This document shows, piece after piece, positions 1 through 11,891 of a stretch of DNA of 64,000 bases. The DNA comes from Blepharisma stoltei ATCC 30299 (lineage: Eukaryota > Protista > Ciliophora): the NCBI GenBank assembly GCA_965603825.1, contig CBFDEM010000017.1, positions 372,001 through 436,000 of the forward strand, read 5' to 3'. The notes under the pieces were generated by a model that was not told where the DNA came from, made no database searches, and was given only the letters and a program-made list of their open reading frames with translations. Position numbers and translations under genes: made by a program. Each line of letters begins with the position of its first letter. Within the stretch, counting starts at the first letter, position 1.

Positions 1-1683
1 TTTATATCGTTGTGCTGATTATAGAAATTTATTCCATTTTTTTTTCCGAGTTATTATGTTTGCTTCTTCATGGTCATTTTTAATACTTTCTAGAAAACCG
101 CCATATAGTTCATATCCTTCTAAATTTTTATATTTTTCGCAAAGGCTTTTGAAGTCTTCGCTAAGACTAATAATATAGTTTGCAGTCCTATTAGCTAAAT
201 TGACAATTTTATGAATCCTTGGAGCCTTCAGAGAAATTTCTATTTGAAGTTCTATAAGAGTATAACAAAGTTCTTCATCTTGATTTCTAATCCTACTGTA
301 TTCTTTTAAAAATTCTAAATAATTTGTTTCAGGAAAAGACTTGCATTTTCTTTTAATTAACCATGTAAAAAGTCTTCATTCCTGTATTTCTCCTTCAAAT
401 GAAGATTTTGCATTAGCGATTTTTGACAGCTTTACCCTTGCCAATCTCTCATTTTTAACTATTGTAATGCAATAGCTAAATTCCCATATCACAAAAAGCT
501 TATCCTTTTGAAATTGATTTGCTTTTCAATAAACTTTGAATAAATCAAGTACTCAAAGCTTATCCTCGTAGTCTTTATCAATTAATAAGTGTCTGAATTT
601 TCTTTCAAATTCATACTGATTACTTGGATAGTCTGTGCTGTCTTTCAGTCTTGTGTAATTTCTCCTAACTAACCGAGCCATCAATAGAAATACTATGGGC
701 TGAAGACACAGGGTAAATACTACAATAATTAAAGCATCATCTAGAATCTCTCCAAATATAAAAACCAAAATCATAGTAGAAATCGACCCCATTTTGCAAG
801 CCTCGATTATGTTTTCGAAAATATTAAAATATTGTAAAACTGTTACTGATTTATAGCTCAAAAAAAGTGCGTAAGACAGCAAAATTGCTTGATGAACAAT
901 AACATTTGAATCGCCAAAAGAAACAAATAGAACGCAAGTAAAAGTATAAAAAATTCGCTTTTGTAGGTCCAAAAGAGAAAAAGACCTTGATTTTAGATTT
1001 TTTTCTGAGTGGGAATGCTGAATATCGCAAGAAAAATATTCAGAGCATACATTAATTGGAACCAAAATTAATAAGCATAAAATCGAAAGAATAATTCCTA
1101 TTGTTCCAAAGTCAAGGATACTTGAAGACAAGCCATCATATTCTTCTATTTCTTGTGTATCAAGCATTGAATACTTCGTTATCATCAGTAAAATCATAGT
1201 GCTAGGAATTAAGCATACTGTCGTAAGCAGCATTGCAATTTTTTTAGGAAAAATTGATATATAAATAGGTGGATCCTTTTTGATGTAGATATAAAACCCA
1301 AAAACAGTAAATGATACCAAGCACATCCCAATCAGTGAAATCGTCCCAAAAAAACAGAAATTCATAATTCCTAAATTCGCACAAATACTGTCGTAGCTTG
1401 TTCATCCTATTATTTTTCAGAAAGTTTTATATGAGCTCCAGCCGTGCACTTTCATTTTTGGGTACCATGCTAGAGAAATTATCTGAAGAGTAAACGTAGC
1501 ATTGATTAATACTTCATATGTGAGCTGAATATTTGGCCTTGTTTTTCTATTGTATTTTACTTTAAAGAGTTGACAGAAAACACCATAAAAGTAATTCTTA
1601 AATTTGCTTGAAAATAAGGATTGAGAGAGAAAGACGTGCAGATCTTTGCATTCTTTCTGGAAGGACTTTAAATCATTTGCCAT
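1..1683 (-). CDS. TmcB/TmcC-like multi-pass membrane PAS-domain protein, array copy A (5' part; runs off the left edge)
   Basis: ATG at 1683 (MANDLKSF...). ORFs 1417-1695 and 553-1365 are in the same frame and join through TGA=Trp. Family motifs LSQSLFSSKFKNYFY, LAWYP, QYEFERKFRHLL and FVIWEF..ERLARVKL are present. Confidence 0.85.
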
Positions 1684-2432
1684 GGTGTTAATCAATATTA
1701 ATATTTTTTATATTTAAGGGTGTCAAAATTATGGCCTAGCCATATGATTCAAGTTAAATGCTGATAAAACAAATAATTTTATTAGCTTAAACTATCCTTT
1801 ATAATTAAATATTGCATCAATCATTTTACTTATGCATTTTTTGAAATACTGTTGTATTATAAGGTGTTGCAGTATGGAAAGCTATTAAATTAAAAGCAAT
1901 AATATGCCTTTTTGGTTTTGGGAAAAGGAGTTTTTTTAATGACACGAGAGTTTTTTTTGGAATATTTATAAATTATTTCTTCCAATATTTTTTAAAAGTT
2001 ATGAACTATAAAGCATAGCAAATGACCCTTCTAGAAGCAAACACAAAAGTTTTATGCATATGGAAATTAAAAATTTATTTTAGATTCAAATCCTTTTCTG
2101 TTACGATGAATTGTAATAAACCCTTTATTATTCATAAACTCTATCGAAAACTGTAAATTTATTTTATAGTTATTACTCTTGATTAGCTTTAATAGTCTGT
2201 TTAAGTTAAATTCTGTGGCATAGTTTAAATTGTCTATAGCTAATTAAGAATAGAATTTTAAACATATTATAACTTTTTAATTATTTGTCTTTTTCCTTAA
2301 ATATTTTGAAGAAATAGAGTAGCATTTAATAGCTCTTAAATCCAGTCTAGATGATTAAAATTAAAAAATAAATATTAATAATTATTATGAAAAATGTTAA
2401 AAAAGAGATATTAATTATAAAAAAATCCCAAT

Positions 2433-5400
2433 CTATTCTGCTTCTAATTTTAAAATATTATGAAGCATTAAAAATCTGTCAATTTGTCTCAATTGCGCTA
2501 TAAAAAATGGTGAATAATAAGAGAAAAATAAAACAATAATAGCTACTGAATACACAATTGTTGTATTGATAATGATGCTCAATTGCCCATTTATGATACT
2601 TTTAGAATCATGGTCAGCTAATAAAAACTCTTGCAAAATTTCATCCTGAACTGCTGTAATTTTTTCAGAATATCGATCGTGTTCTATAGCTGTTAATACA
2701 GGCTTATAAACAAGATTATAAATTTCATCAATAATATCATTAGCTAAAGGGTAGCTTCCTTGATTTAATGCGTTTGAATCTGATTCTGCGACTTCATAAA
2801 TTCTGTCTTTTAATTCTTTGGACATTAAATTGGAAAAATGATTTTTTCTTAATTCTTTTGATTCTGCTCTGAATTGCTCAAAAGTATTATCTACCATTTT
2901 TTGAGGATTTGGGAAAGCATATGACGTTTTAAATAGAGAAATCATATATGGCGACATTGTTTCCCTAGAAAAAATACTTAATCTTGAAATTAAGGCTCTC
3001 CGAAGGTTAAAATTGTTTAAAAGTAAAGGTCTATTAATCATCATTTCTTCACAGTCTTTATAGATGTAGAAATACGTTAAAAAATAATAGGAAGCTGCTA
3101 TAATAAAAAATATCAATATTCTTCAAGCATAGTATCAGTGCAAAGATGATTTAGCATCATGGGTGCTATGAATATTTTTTAAAACTTCTACATTGGATTC
3201 ATTATTGCAATCTTCTCCATAAAATAGCATTAATCGATCAATTGAAGAATTTTTGAGCTTTATCATAGCAAGCCGAGCATTATTGAGCATAAATCTCCAA
3301 AATTCATCATGTGATTTTGATACTGAAATAATAAACAAAAAAACAATAGCAGCTAAAAATCCAAGTATCAGCAATCCTACAACAATTAAAGTATAAATAA
3401 AAATCCCTGTTACTTTAACTCTATCTTGTTCGCAACTAACAATTTTATTGGTTGTCATATTTGTATATTCAAATGGATATGAAAGGCCATTTAAATATAA
3501 AAACTTTGTATGGGAAGTAAAATCCTGTTTTAAAGATAGGCAATTAAGCACTTGCTTGCCCTAAATAATAATTACAGTAATAATAAACATTGAAATTATG
3601 TCATATAGATTATCATAACCAATAACAGGACGACCACTGTCAAAATTTCATAGCGGGATTATTGGTTCTTGGATAATTTTAGAAGCTTCACAATATGACC
3701 ATAATTTGAAATCATCCAAAATATCATCTTTTATAATATCTAATTCATCAAGAATGCTGCTAAATCCTAAAGCAAAGCTATCCATTTGGGCTTCCGTATA
3801 TAAATTAGATTTTGCAGCCTTGTCAAGCGTTCGTATAGAATCTGTTGCAGCTTCAAAGTAATAAAGCAGATTTCCAAGATGCCCAAGAGAGCTCATTCTT
3901 GATGTTCGAGAAACATCTATTACTATGTAGGCTAATATGGCTATCATAGTAACGATGACTGAGATCATCTGAATAATATTTACCATAAAAAATAGAACCC
4001 ATTGAAGTATGCTTATTTTTTGTTTAGTCTTTAATAATAGTCATTTAGCATAGTTTGAGTCTTTACTATTGCTATTTCTTGAAGAAGAATGCTTGGAAGA
4101 ACTCTCTATTTGAAGGCCAATTCTTTTATTTTCAAATTGCATGCATTTTGCATTATTTTCACTATAGAAAGAAGCATTTTGGGCTAGATTCCTGGGAAAA
4201 TATTGTACAGGTTTAGAGCTATCTGGTAGTAGATTTCTGCATAAAAAATCATTGACCTCTTTATTTTGAGAAAATTCTGATTGGCTTTCATTTTCTGCTG
4301 ATTTTCATTTTAAAATTTCTTCTTGGTCAAATAGAGCAAACAAAATATTAAAACATGTAGATTTTATAATAGTTTTCATGTAAACAAGTGCTATTTCTCC
4401 ATCAAAAATATTGAAAAAGAATGGATTATCGCTTGGATTATTTCAAATGCTAAAACAAGAAATTATATTTGTGGCCGGCATGTTTTTAGCATCTTTTACA
4501 GTACTTTTAACTGAATAGCAAAATAATTCTGAGTGATTGAGGATAATATTTTCTTGAGAAAGTAAAGCAATTTGGCGATTTGAAGGTATTGGCTTAAAAG
4601 AAACTAAAAAATAAATATTATTGTGAAAAGCAGTCAGTCTAATCATAATGTTGCACTCTACCAAAAAATCATTGCTTGCTTTAAAAAATAATGATTTATG
4701 AGAAGGAATTTCTGCTATAGTGCATTCTTGTAAAAAAAATTTCATTGATTTTTCATGAATAATGTCAAAAGGAGAAGGAATAAAATTGTTTAATGGAGAC
4801 CCTTTAGCGTTTACTATAGAAGTTTTCAATATTTGCGCAGCAGTTTCATTAATATATGAGATTATACCAAAAGCGTATTCTGTACAAGAAATAAGCATAA
4901 CCCCAATATTTTTACCATAATTTTCTAAAGCTTCATATTCGTTTCTTTTTATATAGAAATTTAATCCATCTTTCTTTTTATTTATTAGGCCTGCTTCTTC
5001 AGTATTTCCTATTATATTCTCAAGAAAGCTTGAATAATATTCATAAGCTTCTATATTTTTGTGTATTTCAATCAATTTCTTATACCCCTCATTGATTTTA
5101 TTCATATTATTAGAAGTTTTGTTAACTAAATTTATCAAATTTGCTATACTTGGCTTTTTTGAAATAAACTCATTGTATAATTTTATAACGATATTGCATA
5201 AATTTTTATCTTTATATCTTATCTTTTTAAATTCTTGCAAAAATTCTAAAAAATTTATATCACTGAGTTTTCTGTGCTTTTTTCCTGATAGTTTATTGTA
5301 TATTTTTCATTCTTGAATATCCCCTTCTAATGAATATTTAGCTTTCGAAATTTTTGACAGCTTTATTCTTGCTAACCTTTCATTTTTTATTATTGAATAG

Positions 5401-6602
5401 CAAAAATTAAATTCTCATATAACAAAAATCTTATTTTTCTCGAACCTCTTCATTTTTCAGTAAATTTTGAATAAATCCAAAATTTCTATTTTATTTTCAT
5501 TAAATTTATCAATAAGTAAATGCCTGAATTTTCTTTCAAAGTCAAACTGGTTTTTAGGGATTTCACAGTTTACATTTAATTTTTTGTGTCTATAGATGAC
5601 AATCCATATTGTTGAATAAATAACAAATGGCTGCAAAAATATATTAAAAACCAAAATTATTTCTGAATTATCTAAAGTTTCTCCCAAAATAAAAATTAAT
5701 AAAGTTGTCGAAAACATCATCAATTTGCAAGACTGGATTCAATTTTCAATTGAATTGTAGTATTGGACCACTTTAATAGATTTTAAAGCCAAATATAAAG
5801 ACAGAATAAATACTAAACTTTGATATTGAATAATATTTTCATTTCCAAAAGAAATATATAAAATACATAAAATAATATAAAAAAGTTTAACCTGCAAATC
5901 TAATTTTGATGATGACCTTGATCTTATATTCTTTTTTAGATGAGAATGCTTCATATCGCATAAAAACAATTCTGAAAAAATCAAAATGATTATAAAAATA
6001 AAAATCAAAAATATTGAAATAATTACGGTTGGGGAGCTAAATTTATTATCTTGTATTCTAATTCCATATTCTTCTATATAGTTTGATTTATTTACGTAAT
6101 ATTTCAACCCTATCATTATAAGCTTAGAGCTTGGAATTATTCCAATTGTTACAAAAATAAATAGGAGAGCTTTAGGTAAAAATGTCAAAAAATATTGAGG
6201 CTTTTTATTTTTATGGTAGAGGCAACCAAGAATTAGTAAAATTGCAAATTCTGTTGCTATTAAAGTTAAAGTTCCATTCAAACAGTAATCAATTAACCCT
6301 AATTCAGCACAAATTGAGTCATAGCTAGCATACCCTAAAAATTTTCATATATTCTCATAGCCTTCTCATTCTGATATATTGGCATTTGGATATCAAGTCA
6401 ATTTAATTAATTGTAAGGTTAAAATCGTATTCGTCGCTATTTCATAAGCTACTTGGCTTTTCAGTAGATTTTTAGGCTTGTATTTTTGATTTATAAGATT
6501 TTCAAATAGGTTATAAAAAAAATTTCTAAATTGCTCAAGCCGTACTTGCTTTGATAAAATTTCATGTGCGTCTAAATTTGCTTTTCCTCACATAGCAGAC
6601 AT
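2433..6602 (-). CDS. TmcB/TmcC-like membrane PAS-domain protein, copy B (~1379 aa)
   Basis: ATG at 6602 (MSAMWGKAN...). All sub-ORFs are in one frame via TGA=Trp. 15-nt introns at 3969-3983 (GTAAATATTATTCAG, no stop) and 3561-3575 (GTAATTATTATTTAG). PAS core GIISYINETAAQILKTSIVNAKGSPLNNFIPSPFDIIHEKSM. Stop TAG at 2433. Confidence 0.85.
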
Positions 6603-6835
6603 AATATTAAGGGAAGATTTAATGGACTAAATATTTACCAAAACTCATATTATAATGTTTATTTAATCGCGCATTTGAAATATATAAAATAAATGGAATA
6701 ATAATAATAATTTTTTATGAATTAAAATAATAATAATTTATATCTGGGGTTTGAATGATATAATTCAATTATTTATCTTTAAATGTTGCATTAGTTATTA
6801 TATATAATGATTAAAATTATTTACATGAGCTCTCC

Positions 6836-9800
6836 CTACTCAGCTTCCGTCAACAAGATACTTTGAAGCATTGAAAGTTTGTTAAGTTTTGCTGCTTGGG
6901 CTATAAAAAAGGGTCAATAATAAAAGAAAAACAAAAATAAGACAGCCATTGTATAAAAAACTGTGGCATTGATGATAATATTCAATTTGTCTTTTATAAT
7001 ATTTTTAGAATCATGATCAGCAAGTAAAAACTCTTGTAAAATTTCATCTTGGGCTTCTGTAATTTTACTATTATATCGTGAATGCTCTTTAGTTGTAAAC
7101 TTTGTATTTTTAAGACTGTAAATTTCATCAACAACATCATTAGCTAAAGGATAACTTCCTTGATCTAAAGCATTTGTATCTGATTCTGTTGTTTCATAAA
7201 TCCTGTCTATTAACTCTTGGGACATCAAATTACAAAAATTTTTATTTCTTAATTCTTTCGTTTTTATCATAAATTCAGTATAAGTATTTTCTACCATTTT
7301 TTGAGGATTTGGAAAGGCATATGAAGTTTTAAATAAAGTATTCATATATGGTAAATAAGCTTCTCTTGAAAAAATACTTAATCTTGATATTAAAACTCTT
7401 CTAAGATTGAAGTTATTTAATAGCGAAGGCCGATTTATCATCATTTCTTCGCAGTCTTTGTAGATGTAGAAGTAGACTAAAAAATAATATGAAGCTGAGA
7501 TAATAAAAAAGGCTAAAATTCGTCAAGCATATGATAGGTGCAAAGAAGAGTGGGCTTTACGAATGCTATGAGGATGTTTTAAAATTTCAGCATTTGTCTC
7601 AGTATTGTAATCTGTCCCATGGATTAACATTAATCTATCAATTGAAGAATTTCTTAGTTTTACCATTCCCAGCTGACCATTATTTAGCATAAAATTTCAA
7701 AATCCATCATGAGATTTTGATACTGAAAGGACAAATGCAAAAATAATCAGAGCCAAAATTGCAAGTATAATAAGTCCAACTGCAATTAGTGCTTGTATAT
7801 TTTCTCCTGTAGTTTTCACCCTATTTATTTCACAGTCAACAATTTCATGAGTCGTCCTATTTGTATAGTCAAATGCAAATGAAAGACCATTTAAATATAA
7901 AAACTTTGTTTGATAAGCAGAATTCTATTTAATAATAATAATAATTTAACGGTTATCGCCCTCTAGAGGACCAATATTTTCCAAATTCTTCTTCTTTTTT
8001 CTTCCCCTTCAACTCCAATTATTTCCATCTAAAAAATTCTGTCCATACCTCACATTTTCGGCTTTTTTCTTCAAATTCAATTCTACTTCATTTAAGACTT
8101 GATATCTTCGTCCTAAACTCCTTTCATAATTTTCTACCCCAATATTATGTATATCCAAAATCTTGTTGCATTCATATCTCTTTTTTCTTCAATTTTTCTT
8201 TCCCCATGACTTGCATGCAAATTCCATTTTATTTCATCCCTTCCCTTTTCGCGGGCAAATTTTTTTGCTTGTAATCGACTCAACGCCTAAATTCCAACAC
8301 TTAGCATTTTCTAGGGATCACCTCCTTCAGAATCCTTACTCTCTGGTGTACCTTGGCCTTCAGCTTTATCTCCAGCATTCCCAACCTCAGTGTTGTCCTT
8401 GATTCCACTTTCATCACTTGAGGTTTGAACTATTTCCACAGGCCGAGTGCCTGTTGTTGCATAAAGCGGCGTAGTTGTCTCACTATCAAGCACTTCTTCA
8501 GTTTGGTTCCAAGCCCAGGATACAAATCTTCCTCATATTTCATCTTCATCTTCTTCATCATAATCATCATGGTCATCGTAGTTGCTTCAGTAATCCTCCT
8601 CAGATTCATAGTCAGAAAAGAACTCTTCTGGTGGCATCAAGTATTCTTCTGCATTGAGAGCAATATCTGTACCATTTAGCCATTCTTCCTCGTTCTCTGA
8701 CATGCCGCCAAACTCCATGACTTTCCAATGCTGCTTCATCATCCTTGATACCTGGCTAGAAGGCAGTAATTCCCTTCCCTTCATGTACAGCTTTAAGTAA
8801 AGTCTTGTTTTAAAGGTACTTTACCCAGTACTTTCTTACCCTAAATAGAGATTACTGTGTCAATAAATCTCGAAATAAAATTGTACAGATTATCATAATC
8901 AATAGCTGGTTTACCACTATCAAAATTTCATAAAGGAACTATTTGGTCGTCAATAATTTCAGAAGCTTTGCAATATGTTCATAATTCAAAATCAGCTAAA
9001 ATGCTGTCTCTTATAATGTCTATTTCATCAAGAATGTTACTAAAATCTAATGCAAAACCCTCCATCTGAGCTGTCGTATAAATGGAATTTTTTGATGCTT
9101 TGTCTAATGTTCGAATAGACTCTGTTGCCGCTTCAAGGTAATATAGCAGATTTCCAAGATGCCCAAGAGAGCTCATTCTTGAAGTTCGAGATACATCTGA
9201 AATTATATAAGCTAGCATAGCTATCATAGTAATGATAACTGAAATCATCTATTTAGTTTTTACCATAATAAACAGCACCCACTGAAGCACAGAAATTTTC
9301 CTTTTCGACTGCAATAATAATCTTTTGGCTTGATTTGAGCCTTTACTATTGCTGTTTCTTGAGGAGGACAGCTTTGAAGGGTTTTCTATTTGGCTTTCTA
9401 TCTTTTTATCACAATCTATATTCGGAAATTTATTAGTAGTAAGAACAGCTTCTTTTTCAAAGTTTTTAGGGGAAAATGGGGCATTTGTTGAGAAAACGTT
9501 TTTAGGTGACAAAAATCCATTTGATTGATCATTTTTTGCTTCATTTTGTGAGTGCTCATAAAACTCTAATTGATTTTCATCCTCTTTAAGTTTCCACTGC
9601 TTGATTTCTTTTTCATCATTTATTACAAGCAGATAACAAAATCTTGTATTTCTTATCGTTTTTTGGATATGAACAAATGCAATTTCTTTTGAAAAAAAAT
9701 TTAGAATCAAGGGCTCGTAGTTTAACATTCTATTTGTGTTTAGATAAGGAGCTATATCTGAAAGTGGCTTTCCTGAAGCGATTTTAATTGGATTGTTTAT

Positions 9801-11891
9801 GAAGTAACAGAATAATTCTGAATGATTAAGGATAATGTTTTCTGGGGATAGCAAAGCGATTTGTCGTTTTGAAGAAACTGGTTTAAATGAAACTAAAAAG
9901 TAAGAATTGTTGTGAAAAGTTGTCAATTTTATCATAATATTGCATTCTATCAAGAAGCCACTATTTGATTTAAAAAATAAAGATTTATGGGAACAAATTT
10001 CTGTTGTTATGCAATCTTGTAAAAAAATTTTCATTGATTTTCCATGTAAAACGTCAAAAGGGGAAGGAATGAAAGTTGTGAAAGGTGTCCCATTAGCATT
10101 TATTAGGGAAGTTTTTAAGATTTGTGCCCCAGTTTCATTTATATAAGAAATTATGCCAAAAGATTCTTCAGAGCAAGAAATAAGCATAACCCCAATTGTT
10201 TTCCCATAATTTTCTAGACTTTGATATTCATTTCGTTGACTATAAAAATTTAATCCATCTTTTTTTTTATTTATTAGGCTTGCTTCTTCAATGTTTCCTG
10301 CGATATTTTCAAGAAAGCTTGAATAATGTTCATAAGCCTCAATATTTTTGTGTATTTCAATCAATTTCTTATATCCTTCTGTAATTTTATTGATTTTATT
10401 CGCAGCTTTAATAGCTAAATGCATTAGCTTAGATATATTTGGCTTTCTTAAACTAAATTCATTATGCAAATCTACAATTGTATTGCACAATTTTTCGTCT
10501 TTAAATTTTATCATACGAAACTCTTGCAAAAATTCTAAAAAGTTAACATCAGAAAACTGTTGGCATTTTTTGCTCTCAAGTTTGTTAAATATTTTCCATT
10601 CTTGAATATCTCCTTCAAATGAATATTTTGCTTTAAAAATTTTTGATAATTTTACTCTTGCTAGTCTTTCATTTTTTACTATAGAATTGCAAAAATTAAA
10701 TTCCCACACAGCAAAAATTTTATTTTTCTTAAATTGACTCATTTTTCAATATTTTTTGAATAAATTCAAAGTTTCTATTTTATCTTCTCTAAATTTATCT
10801 ATTAGCAAATGTCTGTATTTTCTTTCAAATTCAAATTGATTTCTCGGTATTTCATGGCTTTCTTTTAATATTTTATGCCTATAAATCACAAATTTTATTG
10901 TAAAATATATAACTATTGGTTGCAAAATGATATTAAAAATCAAAATAATTTCCGAATTATCTAGAACTTCTCCAAAAAGAAAAATAAACAGAGCTGTGGC
11001 AATAATCATCATATTGCATGACTGAATTCAGTTTCCAACTACATTATAATATTGTAAAATAAAAATAGATTTTATAGCTAAGCACAAAGACAGCAAAAAC
11101 ATCAAAATTTGATGCAGAATAATATGTTCACTTCCAAAAGAAATATATGAAGTACATAAAATGATATAAAATAGCTTTATCTGCAAATCTAATTCTGACG
11201 AAGACCTTGATTTAATATTTTTTTTGTGATGAGAATGCTTCATATCGCATGAGAAAATTTCATAAGACATCAAAATAAAACAAAGCAATATAAGCGAAAA
11301 AATTGATAATGTTGTACTTATTTCATTAATTTCATTGGGTTCTATTCTAATTCCATATTCTCTTATATAAGTAGATCCAATTATGTAATATTTTAATGTA
11401 ACAATAAGAAGCATGAAACTTGGAATTATTCCAACTATAGTAAAAATAAATAGAATAATTTTGGGTAAAAATGTCACAAAATATGGAAGCTTTTTATTTG
11501 TGTAAGTGGAGAAGCCAAGAAGAAGTAAAAATACAAATTCTATAGCTAGTAAAATAAAAGTTGTAAGCCGGCAGTAGCTCATCAGCCCTGATTCTGCACA
11601 AATTGAGTCGTAACTAATATATCCTAACACTTTTCATATACTTCTGTAACTTTCCCATTCAGAAAGGCTGGAATCTGGATATCACATCAACCTAATTGCT
11701 TGCAAGGCCAAAACTATGTTTACTGAAATTTCATAGACTGCTTGGCTCTTAGACTTCGTGTTTAGGCTATATTTTTGCTTAAAATGTTTCGCAAAAAGCT
11801 TGAAAAAAAATTTTTTGTATTGGCCCGATTGTAGTGACTGGGATAAAATTTCATAGGTATTAAAGATTTCTTTTGTCCATGCAGCAGGCAT
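6836..11891 (-). CDS. TmcB/TmcC-like membrane PAS-domain protein, copy C (~1381 aa once the 880-bp insertion 7914-8793 is removed)
   Basis: Closest paralog of copy B. Introns at 9249-9263 and 8841-8855. No stop or frameshift was seen other than the insertion. Joining 8794 to 7913 gives ...KQDFTYQTKFLYLNG, collinear with copy B KQDFTSHTKFLYLNG. Stop TAG at 6836. Confidence 0.8.
7946..8335 (-). pseudogene. Insertion-borne basic/Trp-rich ORF fragment ending at TAA directly before the (ATT)5 tail
   Basis: Stop-free for 129 codons with UGA=Trp (LENAKCWNLG...MEFACKSWGKKNWRKKRYEC...GPLEGDNR*). It overlaps the upstream fragment by 25 nt in a shifted frame, so the two were probably one ORF broken by a single frameshift. 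Confidence 0.5.
8311..8793 (-). pseudogene. Insertion-borne acidic ORF fragment (open from the 5' junction, ~160 codons)
   Basis: ORF-track 8587-8784 and 8311-8493 are in the same frame and join through TGA=Trp (...EEDYWSNYDDHDDYDEEDEDEIWGRFVSWAWNQTEEVLDSE...). No family recognised. Confidence 0.55.

Larger units (their letters stand above)
7914..8793 (-). mobile_element. 880-bp retroposed-type insertion (5'-truncated, (ATT)5 tail, degenerate 17-bp TSD) bounded by TAAG direct repeats; candidate IES
   Basis: Absent from all paralogs and visibly GC-richer than its flanks. TAAG at 7914-7917 and 8794-8797. TSD copies 7914-7930 and 8794-8810 are 11/17 identical and all 6 differences are transitions. 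Tail at 7931-7945. Internal minus-strand reading frames 8793-8311 and 8335-7946 are open with UGA=Trp. Confidence 0.75.

Noticed and set aside
8163-8679. Plus-strand ORFs within the insertion (8163-8402, 8425-8679, 8475-8657)
   Set aside because: These are antisense shadows of the purine-rich minus-strand ORF, with F/L/H-rich low-complexity translations.
7914-8793. DNA transposon/MITE identity for the insertion
   Set aside because: No real terminal inverted repeats (TAAGCAGA vs TAAAGCTG inward) and no transposase motif. The tail and long TSD fit retroposition better.
7925-8855. Removal of the insertion as one long spliceosomal intron (donor at 8855, acceptor ...ttaaatag at 7925), which would be in frame
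   Set aside because: Every other intron here is 15 nt. This splice would also discard GKKVLGKVPLKQDFT, which stays conserved with paralog B and shows synonymous-only change in KQDFT. It is disfavoured but not excluded without RNA-seq.
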